In this document: positions 41,512-55,263 of the stretch, piece after piece
Position numbering within the stretch: position 1 is the stretch's first letter
Layout: each line of letters opens with the position of its first letter
Origin: the human T2T-CHM13v2.0 reference genome, Homo sapiens
Strand: one strand, 5' to 3'
Assembly: GCF_009914755.1 (NCBI RefSeq)
Contig: NC_060928.1
DNA length: 64,000 nt
Program-made: the position numbers and the translations under genes
Notes under the pieces: generated by a model
The model's database searches: none
What the model was told of the DNA's origin: nothing
The model's input: the letters and a program-made list of their open reading frames with translations, nothing else

Positions 41512-43705
41512 CAAAGATAAGCCTCTTTTTTGGAGACAGTTTTGAAGGGAAGCTAGGGTAAATACAGAAAGACAATTAAGGAAGGCACTGCAGCACAGGT
41601 AGGTCAGGATGGTGACTGTGGCTGGGAGGACTTCAGTGGAAATGAAGAGTAGCCAACTGCTTTAAGATCTATTTTGAGTTTGAAATGATAGAATTTGCTG
41701 GTAAATTGGATGGAAGATATTAAGACAATCAAAGAATACCCTGCCAGATTATGTTCACTAAAATCATTGCTATTGAATTATACAGACAAAATACAAAAGC
41801 TCACTTTCGTATTACCTAAAATGCAATGTTTTAAAATGGAAAAATATCCCTAGTTAAATTACATATACAGATAACGCATCAGTTTCTTTTTTAAATAAAT
41901 TTTAACCAAAAATCCATTGTTAATATATTCAAAAAAGGAATTATTTAGTTACAATTGTTTATTACATCAATGAGGTACTCAAGTAAATTTAAAAACCAAT
42001 CTGTTTCAAGAAAATATTAAAGAAGACTAGTAATTTTATAAATATTATAACCACAATTGCCAAAAAATAAAATAAAGCTTATTTTTAACCTGCAGAATGC
42101 TTACAACATATTGAAAAGCCTTAGGAAGAAAATCTCGTGTTTCAATCCCCATTTGATCTTTATAAAAGTTAAGTGGTTTGAAGAGTAAGTCTGTGATATC
42201 CCAGTATTTAGAAGAAACATTCTCCTAAACTTTTATGAAAGTACCGTAATTATTTTGATGATTGATATAGTCAATTCACAGACTGTCCAAGAACTTTCAT
42301 CTTCTGATCACTTATCTTTTAACTACTTAGGGATAATACTGACAGTAAAAATGGAAGACAAAAAAAAAAACTCAGTAAAATCTGACATTTATTATTGGTT
42401 AGGCTGAGTAAAGGATGACAAAAACCAATTGTCGAAAGAACCAAAAACATCTAATTCAAAGGATAAAAATGTTCGGCCATTCTACTGTCATCTGGCTGTC
42501 ACGCTTTGACCAAAGCCAAAGTGCTCCTGTAACAATGATAACACAAATCAGGTGTAAAATTCTGCTTCACGCCGAGCTTCACTATTCAGGTGAAAACTGA
42601 CATCACATCAACGATCTTGCAGACTTTCATGAGGATTACAATTAATGTATATAAAGTATCTAAAGCCATGCCTTACACATAGTACATACTCACTCACTAC
42701 AGGACAGCTATTCTTTTCAGGAAAATCTAATAATGCATAGTTAATCCCAACATAATTCTGCTTTAGGATATATTATATATATATATATTTGGAAATAAAG
42801 CTTTTATATTGAAATAAGAACTTCAAATCACATATATGAGGATTAACACTCTACAGTGAGTTTGTCATCCTATCATTCTTTTGATTGAGTAATATCACTG
42901 AACTATACCACCTAGTGAATACTAGGCTCCCGAGCCCGATCAATGGCCACCATCAATTGGCATGTACAGCTTAATCTCTCTTACACTCTTTGTTACAGTA
43001 AGGCAGACTGCATTATATTTTCCTGCCTATATTTCTTAGATTTGTTCCAATGTATATACATGAGCATAAGGACTGTGTCTTAGTCATTTCTAAAATCCCG
43101 ATACATAGCATTGGTTTGACACAAGGAGTTGGAAGGATAAATGAATAAATGCCCCATTGTAACTCTGCTCAGATAATTCCCCAAACCTAGAATATATTGT
43201 TAAATCAGATTCCCATCATTTTTTGAAACCAAGCTTAAGTTTTATTTTACTTAAACACACACACACACTTTTCATCAGAAAAAAAAAACCTGAACTATTT
43301 GATATTACTTAGTACTCTAATTGAATATGTACTAAAAACCTGCATTTCTTCCTATGTGTTCACATTTATCTACATTATCTGGTGAGCCAGTTGGGGTGTC
43401 CATCCCTAAGGAAAGGGGCTGAGTTATAAAGGAATAACCTTTATAACTTGAAACAGAATTGGTTAGCCTTAAGGTAGACATAAGTGAATTCTGTTGAGAA
43501 TTCACTCAGCATTCCAACCAATGGTAAATCCCTGCTGCAGTACATGAAATAATATTTGCACCTAGAAGCATTTATAAATCCTCAAAAATATCTCTACTTG
43601 GAGATCAAATCTAACATCTCAAAAAAATCAAAATCTAAACCTAATTGTTTTGATAATGGAATAAAGTTTTTATCTGATAATATCTAAAAAGAATAGAAAA
43701 AATAC

Positions 43706-43840
43706 CTTCAAGCAGTTTTTTCTCTGAAGAGAGTTTAGAAGCAGCAGAAGGAGCTTGATATAAAAAGTCACAGAGGAATGTGGACTGGGAAGACTCTTGA
43801 CTTAATACACCCTCGGAATGAATATCATGTTGAGGGAAAT
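43706..43840 (-). CDS. ARAP2: Exon w7 (135 nt): linker and first strand of PH3
   Basis: tttctag|AT TTC ... GAA G|gtatt; (D)FPQHDIHSEG...FLCDFLYQAPSAASKLSSEKKLLE; phases 1/1. Confidence 0.93.
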
Positions 43841-44306
43841 CTAGAAAAATTAAAGAAATAAGGCACAAGAAATCTAAAATGTAAACAATTTTCCTTTTGT
43901 TTATAATATGTACATGAGTTTTGAGCTAGAAGAAAAACTACTTCAAATTTACCAAAGAATAATTACAGAGATACTTATTTTACTTTGCATAAAATTTGCA
44001 AATAAGCACTTAAGTCATATTTATTATTCATATATGAAAATCGGATTTAATGTTGGTGGAAATGATTATGTGGGATTAGCTATTTTAATCTTACATTTAT
44101 AAGATTACGGGAACATAAAAGATTGACTTCCTAAACTTTTCATTGAAATGATATAAAAAATAGTCTTAGGCATCTCCATCTTTTTGGTAATTACATTTTT
44201 CTTCATTCTGATGGTTTCTCTTATTTGAAAAATCAATAGATTTATGCTTCAGTCCTTTTACGGATCTATCAGAAGAGACCAGGTTAATGAAGAGACAGTG
44301 ACGAAC

Positions 44307-44481
44307 CTGAGAATTTGTTATGGTAGAGAAATTCCATTTGCAGACTTTGCCCAGCTTTCTTGGCTAGCAGATAGGGGGTGCTATGCACGGGGTCTCCGGT
44401 GGCACACATGACATCTGCTCCACTGAACAGCAAAGCCATTGTTTCTAGAACATCCGGTTTCACTACAGCAGCACATAGAGC
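44307..44481 (-). CDS. ARAP2: Exon w6 (175 nt): ankyrin-repeat region
   Basis: gaccag|GCT ... TCA G|gttcgt; ALCAAVVKPDVLETMALLFSGADV...STPYLLAKKAGQSLQMEFLYHNKFS; phases 0/1. Confidence 0.94.
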
Positions 44482-45434
44482 CTGGTCATTAAAAGAAAAT
44501 ATACATCTTAAGGAAAGAAAATAAGATTCTAGCTATTAAAATGAGTGAAAGTCTGATAATTTCATGTATGGGATAAAGTCTGTATTCCTTTTATCCTAAG
44601 GCGGCTAATAATAATTATGCCATGAATTAGGCAATAGGCACAAAAGGCCTGGTTTATGTGAATTTAAATTACAACCCAAGACCTCCAGGTCTCAATTCAT
44701 TGTTTGGTTGCTATGATGTTCCTTCTAAACCTAATCCATCATACTTGCTTTGGAAGACATTTTTATGCTTACATACTATGATAATGACTGATGCGCAGAG
44801 AATCAAAATATTTCAATATAATAATGAAGTAACCATTAAGTGTTTTTCATGTGAATGTTAATATATATTTTCCAATCTAATCAGGAGCTGCAGAATATTT
44901 GAATTATTAAGTGCTATGGGAAATTGAAAGATGAGTGCAAAGCAAATTCAGGATCTTCCCCTCAGGGGCCGAGGATAGGAAGGAGGAAGAACAGTGAGAA
45001 GGCGGCAATAAAAAATATTATTGACTTATGTTATATATCATCTTTGTACAAACAATAGGAACTGTTAGAATCCTTTTTTTTTCTTTTGCCTTGAAATAAT
45101 AAGCTGCCTCTACATCTCTTCTCATCCTTTCTTCCCACATTATATCAGTCCTCAGACTTCACTTTACTGGATCCCATTTGCTTCCAAATCCTCAGATTGT
45201 GGCAACAAGAGTTAGCAGGAAACTTCAATTATGGAGGAAGAATTTATGCTCTTTTGACAATGAATCCTTAAATGAAACAAGGGGGAAACCACTGAAATAA
45301 TGTCACAAAAGGAAATAAAATAAAATTAATAATTTTGTCAGATAGTATAAAATTTTTTACTTTTTCTCAAGAATCTTGGCACATCATTAAAAAGACATTA
45401 AAATCCACGTCTGCTGTTATGTTTAATTGAATAC

Positions 45435-45617
45435 CTTATTTAATTCTTCTTTGGTGAGAGATGCCAAAAGAGTTTTTCTGAATTTTCCTTCTTTATATTT
45501 CTGAGTAATAAAGTTTTTTCTCTTTTCTACTGGTGAGTCCATATGTAATTCTTCATCCTTTTGAAGATTACCAGCCCAAAAGTCATTTGCTCTTTTGTTT
45601 CCAATGACAATAAAAAG
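45435..45617 (-). CDS. ARAP2: Exon w5 (183 nt): ArfGAP C-terminal part
   Basis: attcag|CTT ... AAG|gtatt; LFIVIGNKRANDFWAG...RKNFITQKYKEGKFRK...ELNK; phases 0/0. Confidence 0.96.
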
Positions 45618-46110
45618 CTGAATTGTCAAAAAAAAAAACCCCATAATATATCAGTTCATAAAATATATTTGAATCTGCAGGAAACTGAATTATATTACAA
45701 ATTAAAGCATAACTTAGTATAAAATACAGGAAAACACATGAAAGACTCAACTATTCCAGAAAAAGGAAGTATGAAAGCAGATACTATGATCAGTTTTTAA
45801 TACAGCCTACCCACTCTAAATAATGGAGAAAAATTAGCTTGGAAAGAATTGCAAACAACACAAATTGTAGCAAAAGTATTTTCATTCTTTGACACTCAAA
45901 CTGAGACAGCTTCACTTTAAATGGCCGAGTAGGTGGGCTAATGCTGTCTGAAGTGCTTGGTGGTGGAACAAGGAGCCAAAAATGGAGACAGGACACAGCA
46001 AAGTAGCCTCCATCACAGTTAATGACAGAGTACGGCCAAGGTAAAAACAGTAAATTTTTCCAAATGTTTTCATTCACTCTCCTATTATTTTACCCATGTT
46101 GGGTTTAAAA

Positions 46111-46163
46111 CACACACACACAAACACACACACACACACATACACACACACACACACATATAC
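46111..46163. repeat. Imperfect (CA)n microsatellite
   Basis: Seen directly, in the w4-w5 intron. Confidence 0.95.
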
Positions 46164-46433
46164 AGTTCTAGCATTAAAACAAAACAAGCTGGCAAACCTT
46201 TCTAAGTACTTATTAAGGATCTTCTATACTTTTAAAATAACTATCTCATTTAGGAAGCATTCTCAAAGAATTACTACTATCAAAAAGGCTATAAGCCACT
46301 TCCATAATGTGGTGAGAACTTTATCAAACAGCCCCGAGAAAAATTCCTGCCACCCAAACCCACAGCAAACCTCCTCCCAGTCTCTGCAAACTGAACCCCT
46401 ATCACAACCCCATTCAGGTTAAATAGGACTCAC

Positions 46434-46519
46434 CTCGATGAGTTCATTGCTCCAAATGCTAGCATCCATTTTTAGACTTCTAACCTTGGAATCTTTTGGT
46501 CCTAAAGATCTATGCTGTC
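46434..46519 (-). CDS. ARAP2: Exon w4 (86 nt): ArfGAP, including the catalytic Arg
   Basis: ctctag|GA CAG CAT AGA ... GAG|gtgag; (G)QHRSLGPKDSKVRSLKMDASIWSNELIE completes CxxC-x4-R; phases 1/0. Confidence 0.96.
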
Positions 46520-46787
46520 CTAGAGTCAAAACACAATTGCATTTCTATTTTAATTTGTATGTAAATTTATTTTACCTTGTTTTGAAAGAAAGTGCATATG
46601 TCTGTGTATGTTCGTTGCGTATCTTCTCAACTTAAAACACACCAATACCTGCTTTCCTCAATAACAAGATGACAAGAGCACTAACAGTAGTGGTGAGAAT
46701 TAGACAAATCGCAGCTGGCTACAATAAAAACAGCAGCAATCATCATCAGCATCTGCACTGACAAAAAAAAAAAAAAAAAAACTACAC

Positions 46788-47095
<308 letters not shown>

Positions 47096-47659
47096 TTAAA
47101 TATATATATATATATGTGCATGAGTGCATATGTACAGACACATGTATAAATATTTCCTCATTTGGTAATCAGCTAGAAATAGGCCACTGAAAACCTTTTG
47201 TAAAGCTTGCTAAAACCCCACGTATGTAAATGCAGATAATATTTCTTTACTGTTACAAAAACTTGACTATTGAAAAACTAGTTACATGTCTAATAAGTGT
47301 GTACTTAAAAATCTGACATGAATACTTTATTCAGCAAATATGTCTGGAAGAAAGTAAGAGCCCAGAATTTTATTACTGTCAATTCAATTGTGCTGTATAA
47401 ATCATCATTCAGTCATCACTGAGCAACCAGGCTATGTCAGATTATTTCAAAGCTGAGAAGGAAAAAAAGTGTACAGTCCACTATCCTTGATCTTAAGGGC
47501 CCTTTGTCTAATGAACAACGAATGTTCATTCCTTTCCCTACAATAGGTAAGAAGTTCTTGTCTTTTTTTTTTTTTTTTTTTAAGTAGAAACTATTCAAAG
47601 CACAAAGCCCTAAATTCCCCTGGAAGAAATCTGCATAGGTTTGCATTTATAATGACTAC

Positions 47660-48830
47660 CTACAGGCAATACAGTACCCAGCAGGTAAAAACTTAAAAGC
47701 CTGTAGGAAGAGATGAAAGGGACTGCTGCAGTAACCTAGGCATGACAGATTCTGAGTTGAGGCAGCAGGAAAATAAAATGGAGCAGACAGATTGAGAGAG
47801 ATTGATAAGATAAAATGAATGAGACTTGGTGGGTTTGAAAGAAAGAGGAAGAGTCAAGAAGGTGTCTCAGATTTTAGGCTTTGAGTGTGCAGCGTAGACA
47901 GTATTGCTTTTGACCAAGATTGAGAATATATGAAAATGTGCAGTTTTATGAAATGGGCTGAGGGGAATAACGATGGCTCCATTTTTGACATGTTACATTT
48001 GAGGTGTATTTGGCAAATCTAAGTAGAGATTCTAGTAGGCATATAATCATAAGAGTTTGGTGTCCAACAGCGTGAGAATCATTTGCTTAAAAATGAGTGT
48101 GGAATTAAAGTGATAAATAATATCACTCAGGAGCAACACAGTAAAAGAGAAGTGAGAATGTAACCCAAGGGAACACATGTATTTCACAAGCATGGAAATA
48201 CATGGGAAAAAAAATACTGGAAAAAAAAAGACTGGTAATAAGAACACAAAGAGAGATTGGTATCTTGGAAGCTGAGAGAGGATGGATGTCATAGAGAGAC
48301 ATGTTGTCGAGACACTCAAATAAAGAGACAATAATAAAGATAGTAAGTGACCACACCGAAACTGAGAGGTAAAATACGTTGGTAAATGTGGTGAAAAGAT
48401 TTTTACCACAGTTGAGAGAAAAGGTAGCTCATCAGCAGTTAAAAGGTAGCTGATTACAGAATGCTGAAGAAAACTTAGGAAGTTAAAGGAATGAAAAAAG
48501 ACCTATGCACACTACAACTTTTCATAATATCTTGTCTATGAAAGAAAAAGGGGACAGAGAATGACACATAGAAGGAAATGGATAACTTTTAGAAATCCTG
48601 ATGGTGGTAATGAGACAAACTTGTGCAAGTTTATACAATGAAACAAAAGAAACCATGGCTAAATACTTACATAAGAGAGTGAATAAATGACGAACATGTA
48701 TCCTAAGGAGGGAAGAAAGAAAGGAAGCAAAGGTAGAAAAAAACAGCTGTGAACAGCACAAAGGCCGTCTCTTCCAATGAAACTGGAGAGAAGAAAAGGA
48801 TGGGATAAAATTCAAAGTAGAAGGTGATTC
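47660..48830 (-). mobile_element. L2 fragment (approximate)
   Basis: Purine-rich reverse L2 motifs (gaggaagagtcaaga, tttttgacatgttacatttgaggtg). Confidence 0.55.
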
Positions 48831-49875
48831 ACTGGCATTTTTTGTTGTGATTGATATTATTAATTAGCTGGTGAGGAAATCTATCTTAGTTTGATGAGAA
48901 ATGCAGTTGAATAGTGCTCTAGAAAAGCGTTCAGGATTTGAAGCAACTCCTGTGACTGCACTACTCACTGCGCTCTAGCTGAGGTAGGAACTCCTCTCCA
49001 GCATTCTCACTGAAGCCTGTATTCAACTCTAGTCCAACATTTGTCTCATTATTGTGGAGGAAATGTCATGTCTTATACATGTTTTTAATTCCCCGCACCA
49101 GCACAGTGCCTAGTACTTGAGTTGAATTCTCTCTCTCTGTCTCTCTCATCTGTGTTTGTGTGTGTATGTGTGTGTGTACATACAGTGGGGGAGAAGGTGG
49201 TGGGACACAGGCAGTCCAGGATAACTGAAGTTTAGACTGTGGTTAACTTTCTTCAAAACTTCCATGATCACACACCTAAGCTGGGGTCCACTTCCTTCCA
49301 CTCACTTGGGCAACTGTCTGAGCTCTCAAATACACTGAGATGTCAGGTTGTCCAGTGTGAGGTCACAAGAAGAAAACCAGTCATAGTACTGGTTTATATT
49401 CATAAACATCAATAGTCTTGTGAAATGCTTCTTTATAAAAATTCTTATTTTAAGAGGTACCAGATCTGGCATATGAAGTTTAGTGCTCAAAACAACACTG
49501 AGGTGAAAAATATGTCTTACCAAAAATGACTGGGGAAAGGTGGACAAATCTTCAAGTTAAAGATGCAAGCTTCTTCAGGATCCATACTAAAACATACTCA
49601 CCTAAAATCTAGAATTTTCAACACTGTCTTTTTAAAATCTATACATGGACCAGTAGGCATAAAATATGATTGCATGCTTAAAAATCCATTTTTATATCCA
49701 AGTCATACATAAGAGAAGTTTAGACTCATATTTCTGAATTTGATTTAAATGTAATAAGCTTTCTCTGGTTTTACTTCTCATAACCATTAGCTAGGATATA
49801 TAATATGCAACAATGAAGAGCATTCAATGCCAATCTGCCACAAAGCTGTGATGAGCATAACTTGTCACTAATTAC

Positions 49876-50075
49876 CTGCACACTTCTTACAGATGACAAC
49901 ACAGAGATTGATGGATGCCCAGTCAGGATCTGGGGCTTTACAATCTGCACAGCTCCTGTTGGATTCATTGAACCAAATCTTCTCAGCTACTTCATAATCA
50001 GAGAGAGTTTCTGCTATTGATTGCTGCACAGCTTCAATCCAGTCTTGTTTCTCCTTTTCAGTCTCGGCTGTAAAG
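49876..50075 (-). CDS. ARAP2: Exon w3 (200 nt): PH2 C-terminal helix and ArfGAP zinc finger
   Basis: tttcag|C TTT ... GCA G|gtaat; FTAETEKEKQDWIEAV...NRSCADCKAPDPDWASINLCVVICKKCA, an intact CxxC-x16-CxxC; phases 2/1. Confidence 0.97.
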
Positions 50076-51893
50076 CTGAAACAATTAACGTTTCTGTGTT
50101 ATCGATCTCCCTTGTAAAGGCCAATTAAGCAGTATGTTCAGTTTGCATATTCATTTCACTCACAAATTAAACAACAGCTGAAAAATATGGCTGCTAGGCA
50201 GTTCTGGGTTGTCTTTTCTGTTAAAAATCATTTAACTTCGTCTTTTTTCCTTTTAATTTTCCACACTGTTTATGTCTTTGTTTATGCATCTTGAACCAAA
50301 ATTAACATACACATTTTCTAAACAAAACATAAAATTTGCCTTGTTAGGTCACAAGCCTAAACAAGAGGCTATGTTTCCTAAGCAATGGTTATGTAATCAT
50401 CAATAAGAGGTTTTTGGCAGAGTTTCAGGGCTACTGGAATATTTTGCCAAGCAAGTATGCCATGATAGTCTGAAACTATGTTATCAAAAACACCCACCAG
50501 AATTGTGACTTTTTTTTCAGATTTAAGAATAGATTCTTTTTTTTTTTTAATTAGAAGAATGCCCAGATGGTTCTAAGGAACTGGGAAATCAAAAAAGTTT
50601 TAAGTGGTTACTATTCTAACAGTTTTCTAACACATTTTTAGCCACGTTCTGATTTATTCTGAATCTTAATGTTTACTGGGAACTCGAGTGAATGAATAAA
50701 AACATTAAACAGCAGTTCATTCCTTCAAGAAATATTTACTGAGCCCCTGCAATGTGCAAAGGAATGTGCTACAGTGCTACATACTTGGTCAATGACCCAC
50801 AAAACTGATTCATATTAAAATTTTCTGTTGTAAAGAGGAACATGCTTTGAAATATAATGAAAATCACAGCTAACATATTCTAAATAATCCTTAAAAATAA
50901 ATGGCCTACATGAATTATACTTTTTGAAGCTCTTTAGGATTCCATCACTCTCAGTGGTTTCTGGTTCTACTAGAAATTTGTCACAGCCAATATATTAATA
51001 CCTATATTTTTAGTTTTGGCTAGAATCTGCAAATGTAAAAATAAAGCTTGTTAATTTTATGCAACCATTTCTTTCTCAAAATTTGAGGCAATGGATGTAT
51101 TTTGACATGCAAAATGAGTAACTACAATTGACAGTATATTTGAAATTCCTAATTGTTAGTCCTTTAAAGGCCTAGAACAATTGCCTCTGACTTGCCCACT
51201 ACCACGTGATGTTGATTATTTATAACAAACGAATTAATACAGTTGAACTCAAAAGATGTTGACTTATGCCTATTCTGTATACTAAAACTATAGAGTCATT
51301 TTAGTTTATTAAACCATATTAATACTTTAAATTATCTTTTTCATTGTCATAATGATGCAATTAGTAGAATACCATAATATGAGATATATAAAAAAATGCT
51401 AAAGTATTTGGATCAATAGGTGCTATGAGATTCATTAAATTTGGTATCATTTTAAGCCCTGGAGGAAATCATATGGAACAAATGTAATTAGGAATTGATT
51501 TTAAATGAGGGATTGTATTTGATCAGGCTAAAAGAAGATAAATAGCAATACAACTTAAAGACAATGTAATATGTTTTTATTTTATTCCTTCTAAATGAGA
51601 AGGAATTTATCACATATTTTCAAAAAAAAAACATACACCATGCCTAGTAAGAAAAATAAGTATTAAGAAATTACTCAAATTTCATGAAATACATATTTTT
51701 GCATGTTTTGTGATTATTGAGGTCACTTTTACAAGGTGTTTTTATATAGTGGCTAACAAATTAGACAATATGGAAAAGTAGGGAGATAATTTTAAATGGC
51801 CTACAAGAGAAAAATCACCACGAACAACATAAAGGTGGATCACCCAAGCTTTCCTATAGTAGTACGAACACAAAATGTTTAAAAATAGCTTAC

Positions 51894-52009
51894 CTGAAAC
51901 TCCTGTAGGGAGTGATTATTTCAAAAGATTGTTTCACAGTTCGGTCCACTTGCTTTACATTTGCTACATTCATAGGAATTATGGTAATACCAAGTCCACT
52001 CTTAAAATC
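51894..52009 (-). CDS. ARAP2: Exon w2 (116 nt): PH2
   Basis: aactag|GAT ... TTC AG|gtaag; DFKSGLGITIIPMNVANVKQVDRTVKQSFEIITPYRSF(S); phases 0/2. Confidence 0.95.
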
Positions 52010-52329
52010 CTAGTTTGGAGAAAAACATAAAAAACTATAAAGAAACAAAAAGATTTTGAAAGTATAATTACATTTTCTAAATTCCAATAAATTCTACCAA
52101 ATTTTACAACAAAATCAGTCTCACTTTAGGTAGCCACTCTCAATACATAATAGCACTGGGCCAACTTAAGCTTGACAGTTGGACTATTGATAGCGTATGG
52201 GTTTCTTCCATGTGAAAGAAACATTGACTAGGCCACTGACACTGAACTAGACATGCTTTGCTTTTGAAAGTAGGCACAATATTCACCCTTATCCATTCAT
52301 TAAAGGAAGCTAAATATTAACTACCTCTT

Positions 52330-52500
52330 ATTGTATGTCAAGCAGTTTCCTAGGTGGAAATGATACTAGGAAGTTAGCATCATTACTAGTTATGTAAAAA
52401 GATGGGAAAACTGAGGCACAAAGGAAGAAGGTTACATGGAAAGTTCAGCTAGTTGTATGTGGTAGAAAAAAGATCTGGAGCCCAATCTGATTGCTCTTTC
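52330..52500 (-). mobile_element. MIR SINE (degenerate)
   Basis: agatgggaaaactgaggcaca core. Confidence 0.6.
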
Positions 52501-53029
52501 CTTGTTTTACTATCTTAGATTACCTCTGCTGTTTATCATTATTTTTCCCCTCATTTACTCTCCAACAAAAGCATTACTTGTCTTAGGAGATATACAATTT
52601 TACCTCATTTCCAATATTTTATTGCTTTCATCTCCCTTCAATCAGATTCCTAAAAGCTCCTCTAATGCTACTTTGGTATAAAAACTGCCATTTGTTCAAA
52701 ATCTATAGTTACTATGTTCAGCTTGTCTCATGAAAATTCAAAATTGTTCAAAAGGCTACAACAGACTCTGCATTCTAAAAGCATTAAAGTTTGCAATACA
52801 TCATCTACCCACATGGATTTCAGAATGTGACTTATCAATTAAATAATCTCCACACTTTACAAAACAATATGTACATCAAAAAATGACCTATTTGAATAAA
52901 TTCAGACTAAATGTGCTCTGAATTCCTAAATTATGACTAAAGAAAAGTAGCAATATTAAAGGCAAAATACAAAAAAAAAAAAAATACTGGCCCATTTTCA
53001 GTAAGGACACTTGTTAGAGACTGTGAAAG

Positions 53030-53475
53030 AGCCATTCATCTGCCTCTTCTCTTTGTCTCTCCTGCTATATACGCCAAAAGTAAAAGAAGTGTATTCTCCT
53101 CTCCCCTACACTTAGAAGTGGCCATGTGTTGTAGTTTCCTTCAATCAAATTTAAGCAACTCCTGGTAGAATGGAAGAGGAGGGGCCGAAAAGCCTTAGAA
53201 GAAGAAAGCCTTTCAGCCCTTACTTTTCCATCTTCTGGGGAAGTAACTGCTAGAAGCACAGAGTCATTTTAGAACTTCACAATCCTAGAAAAGGGAAAAT
53301 TGAGGACAAATTCTTAGGCTCTAAGGATGCGAAAGTGAGGACAAAAATAGGGAGAACCCTGTTCTCTGGCAGTACCAAGTCTTAACCGCCTACACCACCA
53401 GATTTGTTAAAACAAATCTCCATCTAGTTAAGCTCTTCTTCAGGTTTTTGTCATTTAGTACTAATGTGTTCCCGG
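53030..53475. mobile_element. Possible MLT1-type (MaLR) LTR remnant
   Basis: gtggccatgtg...agttt and ttaagc...ggtttttgtcatt...aatgtgttccc resemble MLT1 LTR segments; by eye only. Confidence 0.35.
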
Positions 53476-54490
53476 CTTATAAAGTAAGTGGAAAAAAATA
53501 ATTCTATAACAAATGCCCCCCAACTTGTAACAGTATCCAGAGTTTCCAGACGCAAATTGTGGGAAAGCCTCTTACATTTTTAATATATAAAGTTTTTAGT
53601 TAGAATAAGGAAATGACTCATTTAGAAAACAAATCATCAACCGAATTTTTTTTTCTGATGAAAGAACTAATGGTTCACTGTACTAGGAGAAACTAGCCAG
53701 AAACTGACAATCAGTGATATAAAAGAAAAGATGCAGAGAAATGCTGAGTGCTGTAAAATAATTAGAATGGGAGTGCCATACTTCCACTTTGTATAGTAAG
53801 CCCACTTAATGAAAAATGGCACTTAACATGATCTCTACGGAAGGAAGAAAATCAAGCTTTTCCAATCTGCCGCATTTTAATAAGTTTCAGCCTATTGGCA
53901 CAGGGTTATACTTGATTATTATTTTTTTTAAATTCCCCAATTATCCACAGCTATACTCCTGCTGGATGACATACCCGTTGGATAAACTTCCAATGCATGT
54001 GATTGGGAACTCAATCTCTCTTTCACAAGTGAGGAAATTAAGTAAGGTAGCAGTAGCAAGATAAGATATTTTTAAAACAGCTTTTTGATGGCTCACATTG
54101 ATACAGAAATAAACTTTAGAATAAATAAATAAACTCTAGAATAAATACGTGGACTGCATGTCCTTCAAACAATCCTCCATAATGAGGCATTTGACAAAAG
54201 CTGTGTATCAGATCATTCCAGGTTATATTCTCTGACGGGGGCCTGGCCTGTAAGTCCTGTATGTTACTAAGGGCACACATAATACTCTGACCATCATACT
54301 AGCAGATGGTAAGAATGACAACCTTTTATGGAAACTGATGAGCCTCATCAAGGCTCCTGCATGAATAGATGGCTGCTCATCTCCACAGAAAGTCATAAAA
54401 TGTCCACATGTAAAGCTGTAATTTCTGTTAAAATAAGGGAGTGCTAGCTGGTTAACACCTCAAATTTCCCCCAAACAAGGCAAAGATGAC

Positions 54491-54787
54491 TTTTTTTTTT
54501 TTTTTTTGAGACAGTCTTGCTCTGTCACCCAGGCTAGAGTGCAATGGCACGATCTCGGCTCACTGCAACCTCGGCCCCCCCAGGTTCAAGAGATTCCCCT
54601 GCCTCAGCCTCCTGAGTAGCTGGGACTACAGGTGTGCACCACCAGGCCCAGCTAACTTTTTTTGTATTTTAGTAGAGACGGGGTTTCACCATGTTGGCCA
54701 AGATGGTCTCCATTTCCTGACCTCGTGATCTGCCTGCCTTGGCCTCCCAAAGTGCTGGGATTGCAGGCGTGAGCCACAGCACCACCC
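54491..54787 (-). mobile_element. AluS (Sc/Sg-like) SINE
   Basis: Poly-T, then a full reverse dimer with ggccaagatggtctc and cctgacctcgtgatc. Confidence 0.95.
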
Positions 54788-55034
54788 ACTTATCAGCTGC
54801 TTGCCATGGCCATATGGTTTTGAGTAATTAGAGTATCTACAGAACTGACCAGCATAAATTGACTGGAAAATATACATAAGAGTAACACAATAAATGTCAG
54901 TGCTCTTGAGAGCTATCATATATGAAACAACTGCATTTTCTATTAAAAAACTGTGGACATTAAGCCATTATTTTCACAGTATTTAAATAGTATTTAGAAC
55001 ATGTTTAGAATACTTCTCATCCCTAGATACTCAC

Positions 55035-55180
55035 AAAAATTACCTGTGGTGATCTCTCCCTCCCACCCAGAGACTCTGATTCCATGAATCTGGGGGCAGA
55101 ACCTAAGAATTTTTAATTTCCAAAAACAAAAGTACAACCTCATGGCTTTTATATGTGGCCAACGCCAAGAAACACTGATT
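55035..55180. mobile_element. MER5-type (hAT-Charlie) fragment
   Basis: cccacccagagactctgattcc...tctggggg...aagaaacactg. Confidence 0.55.
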
Positions 55181-55263
55181 CAGATAGCAGAACCATTATG
55201 TAACTAATTTAGACAGTATAAGTATGCAATATGTAACTATCAAGACATAAATACTTCTCTCTT

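Larger units (their letters stand above)
40137..41730 (-). mobile_element. L2 fragment interrupted by three Alu-family insertions
   Basis: Reverse L2 tail attcattccacaaatatttat...catgtgctgacactg; purine-rich body resumes after 41520. Confidence 0.6.

Noticed and set aside
41158-41575. Four overlapping ORFs (81-133 aa; F/L/S/P-rich or E/R/K/G-rich)
   Set aside because: Translations of the purine microsatellite and Alu; stop-free because of composition.
44940-45240. Possible internal promoter or alternative first exon (ETS/IRF/RFX-like words, short MWEERMRRDVE frame)
   Set aside because: Only short motifs expected by chance, no good GT donor and no CpG island; cannot be supported without CAGE data.
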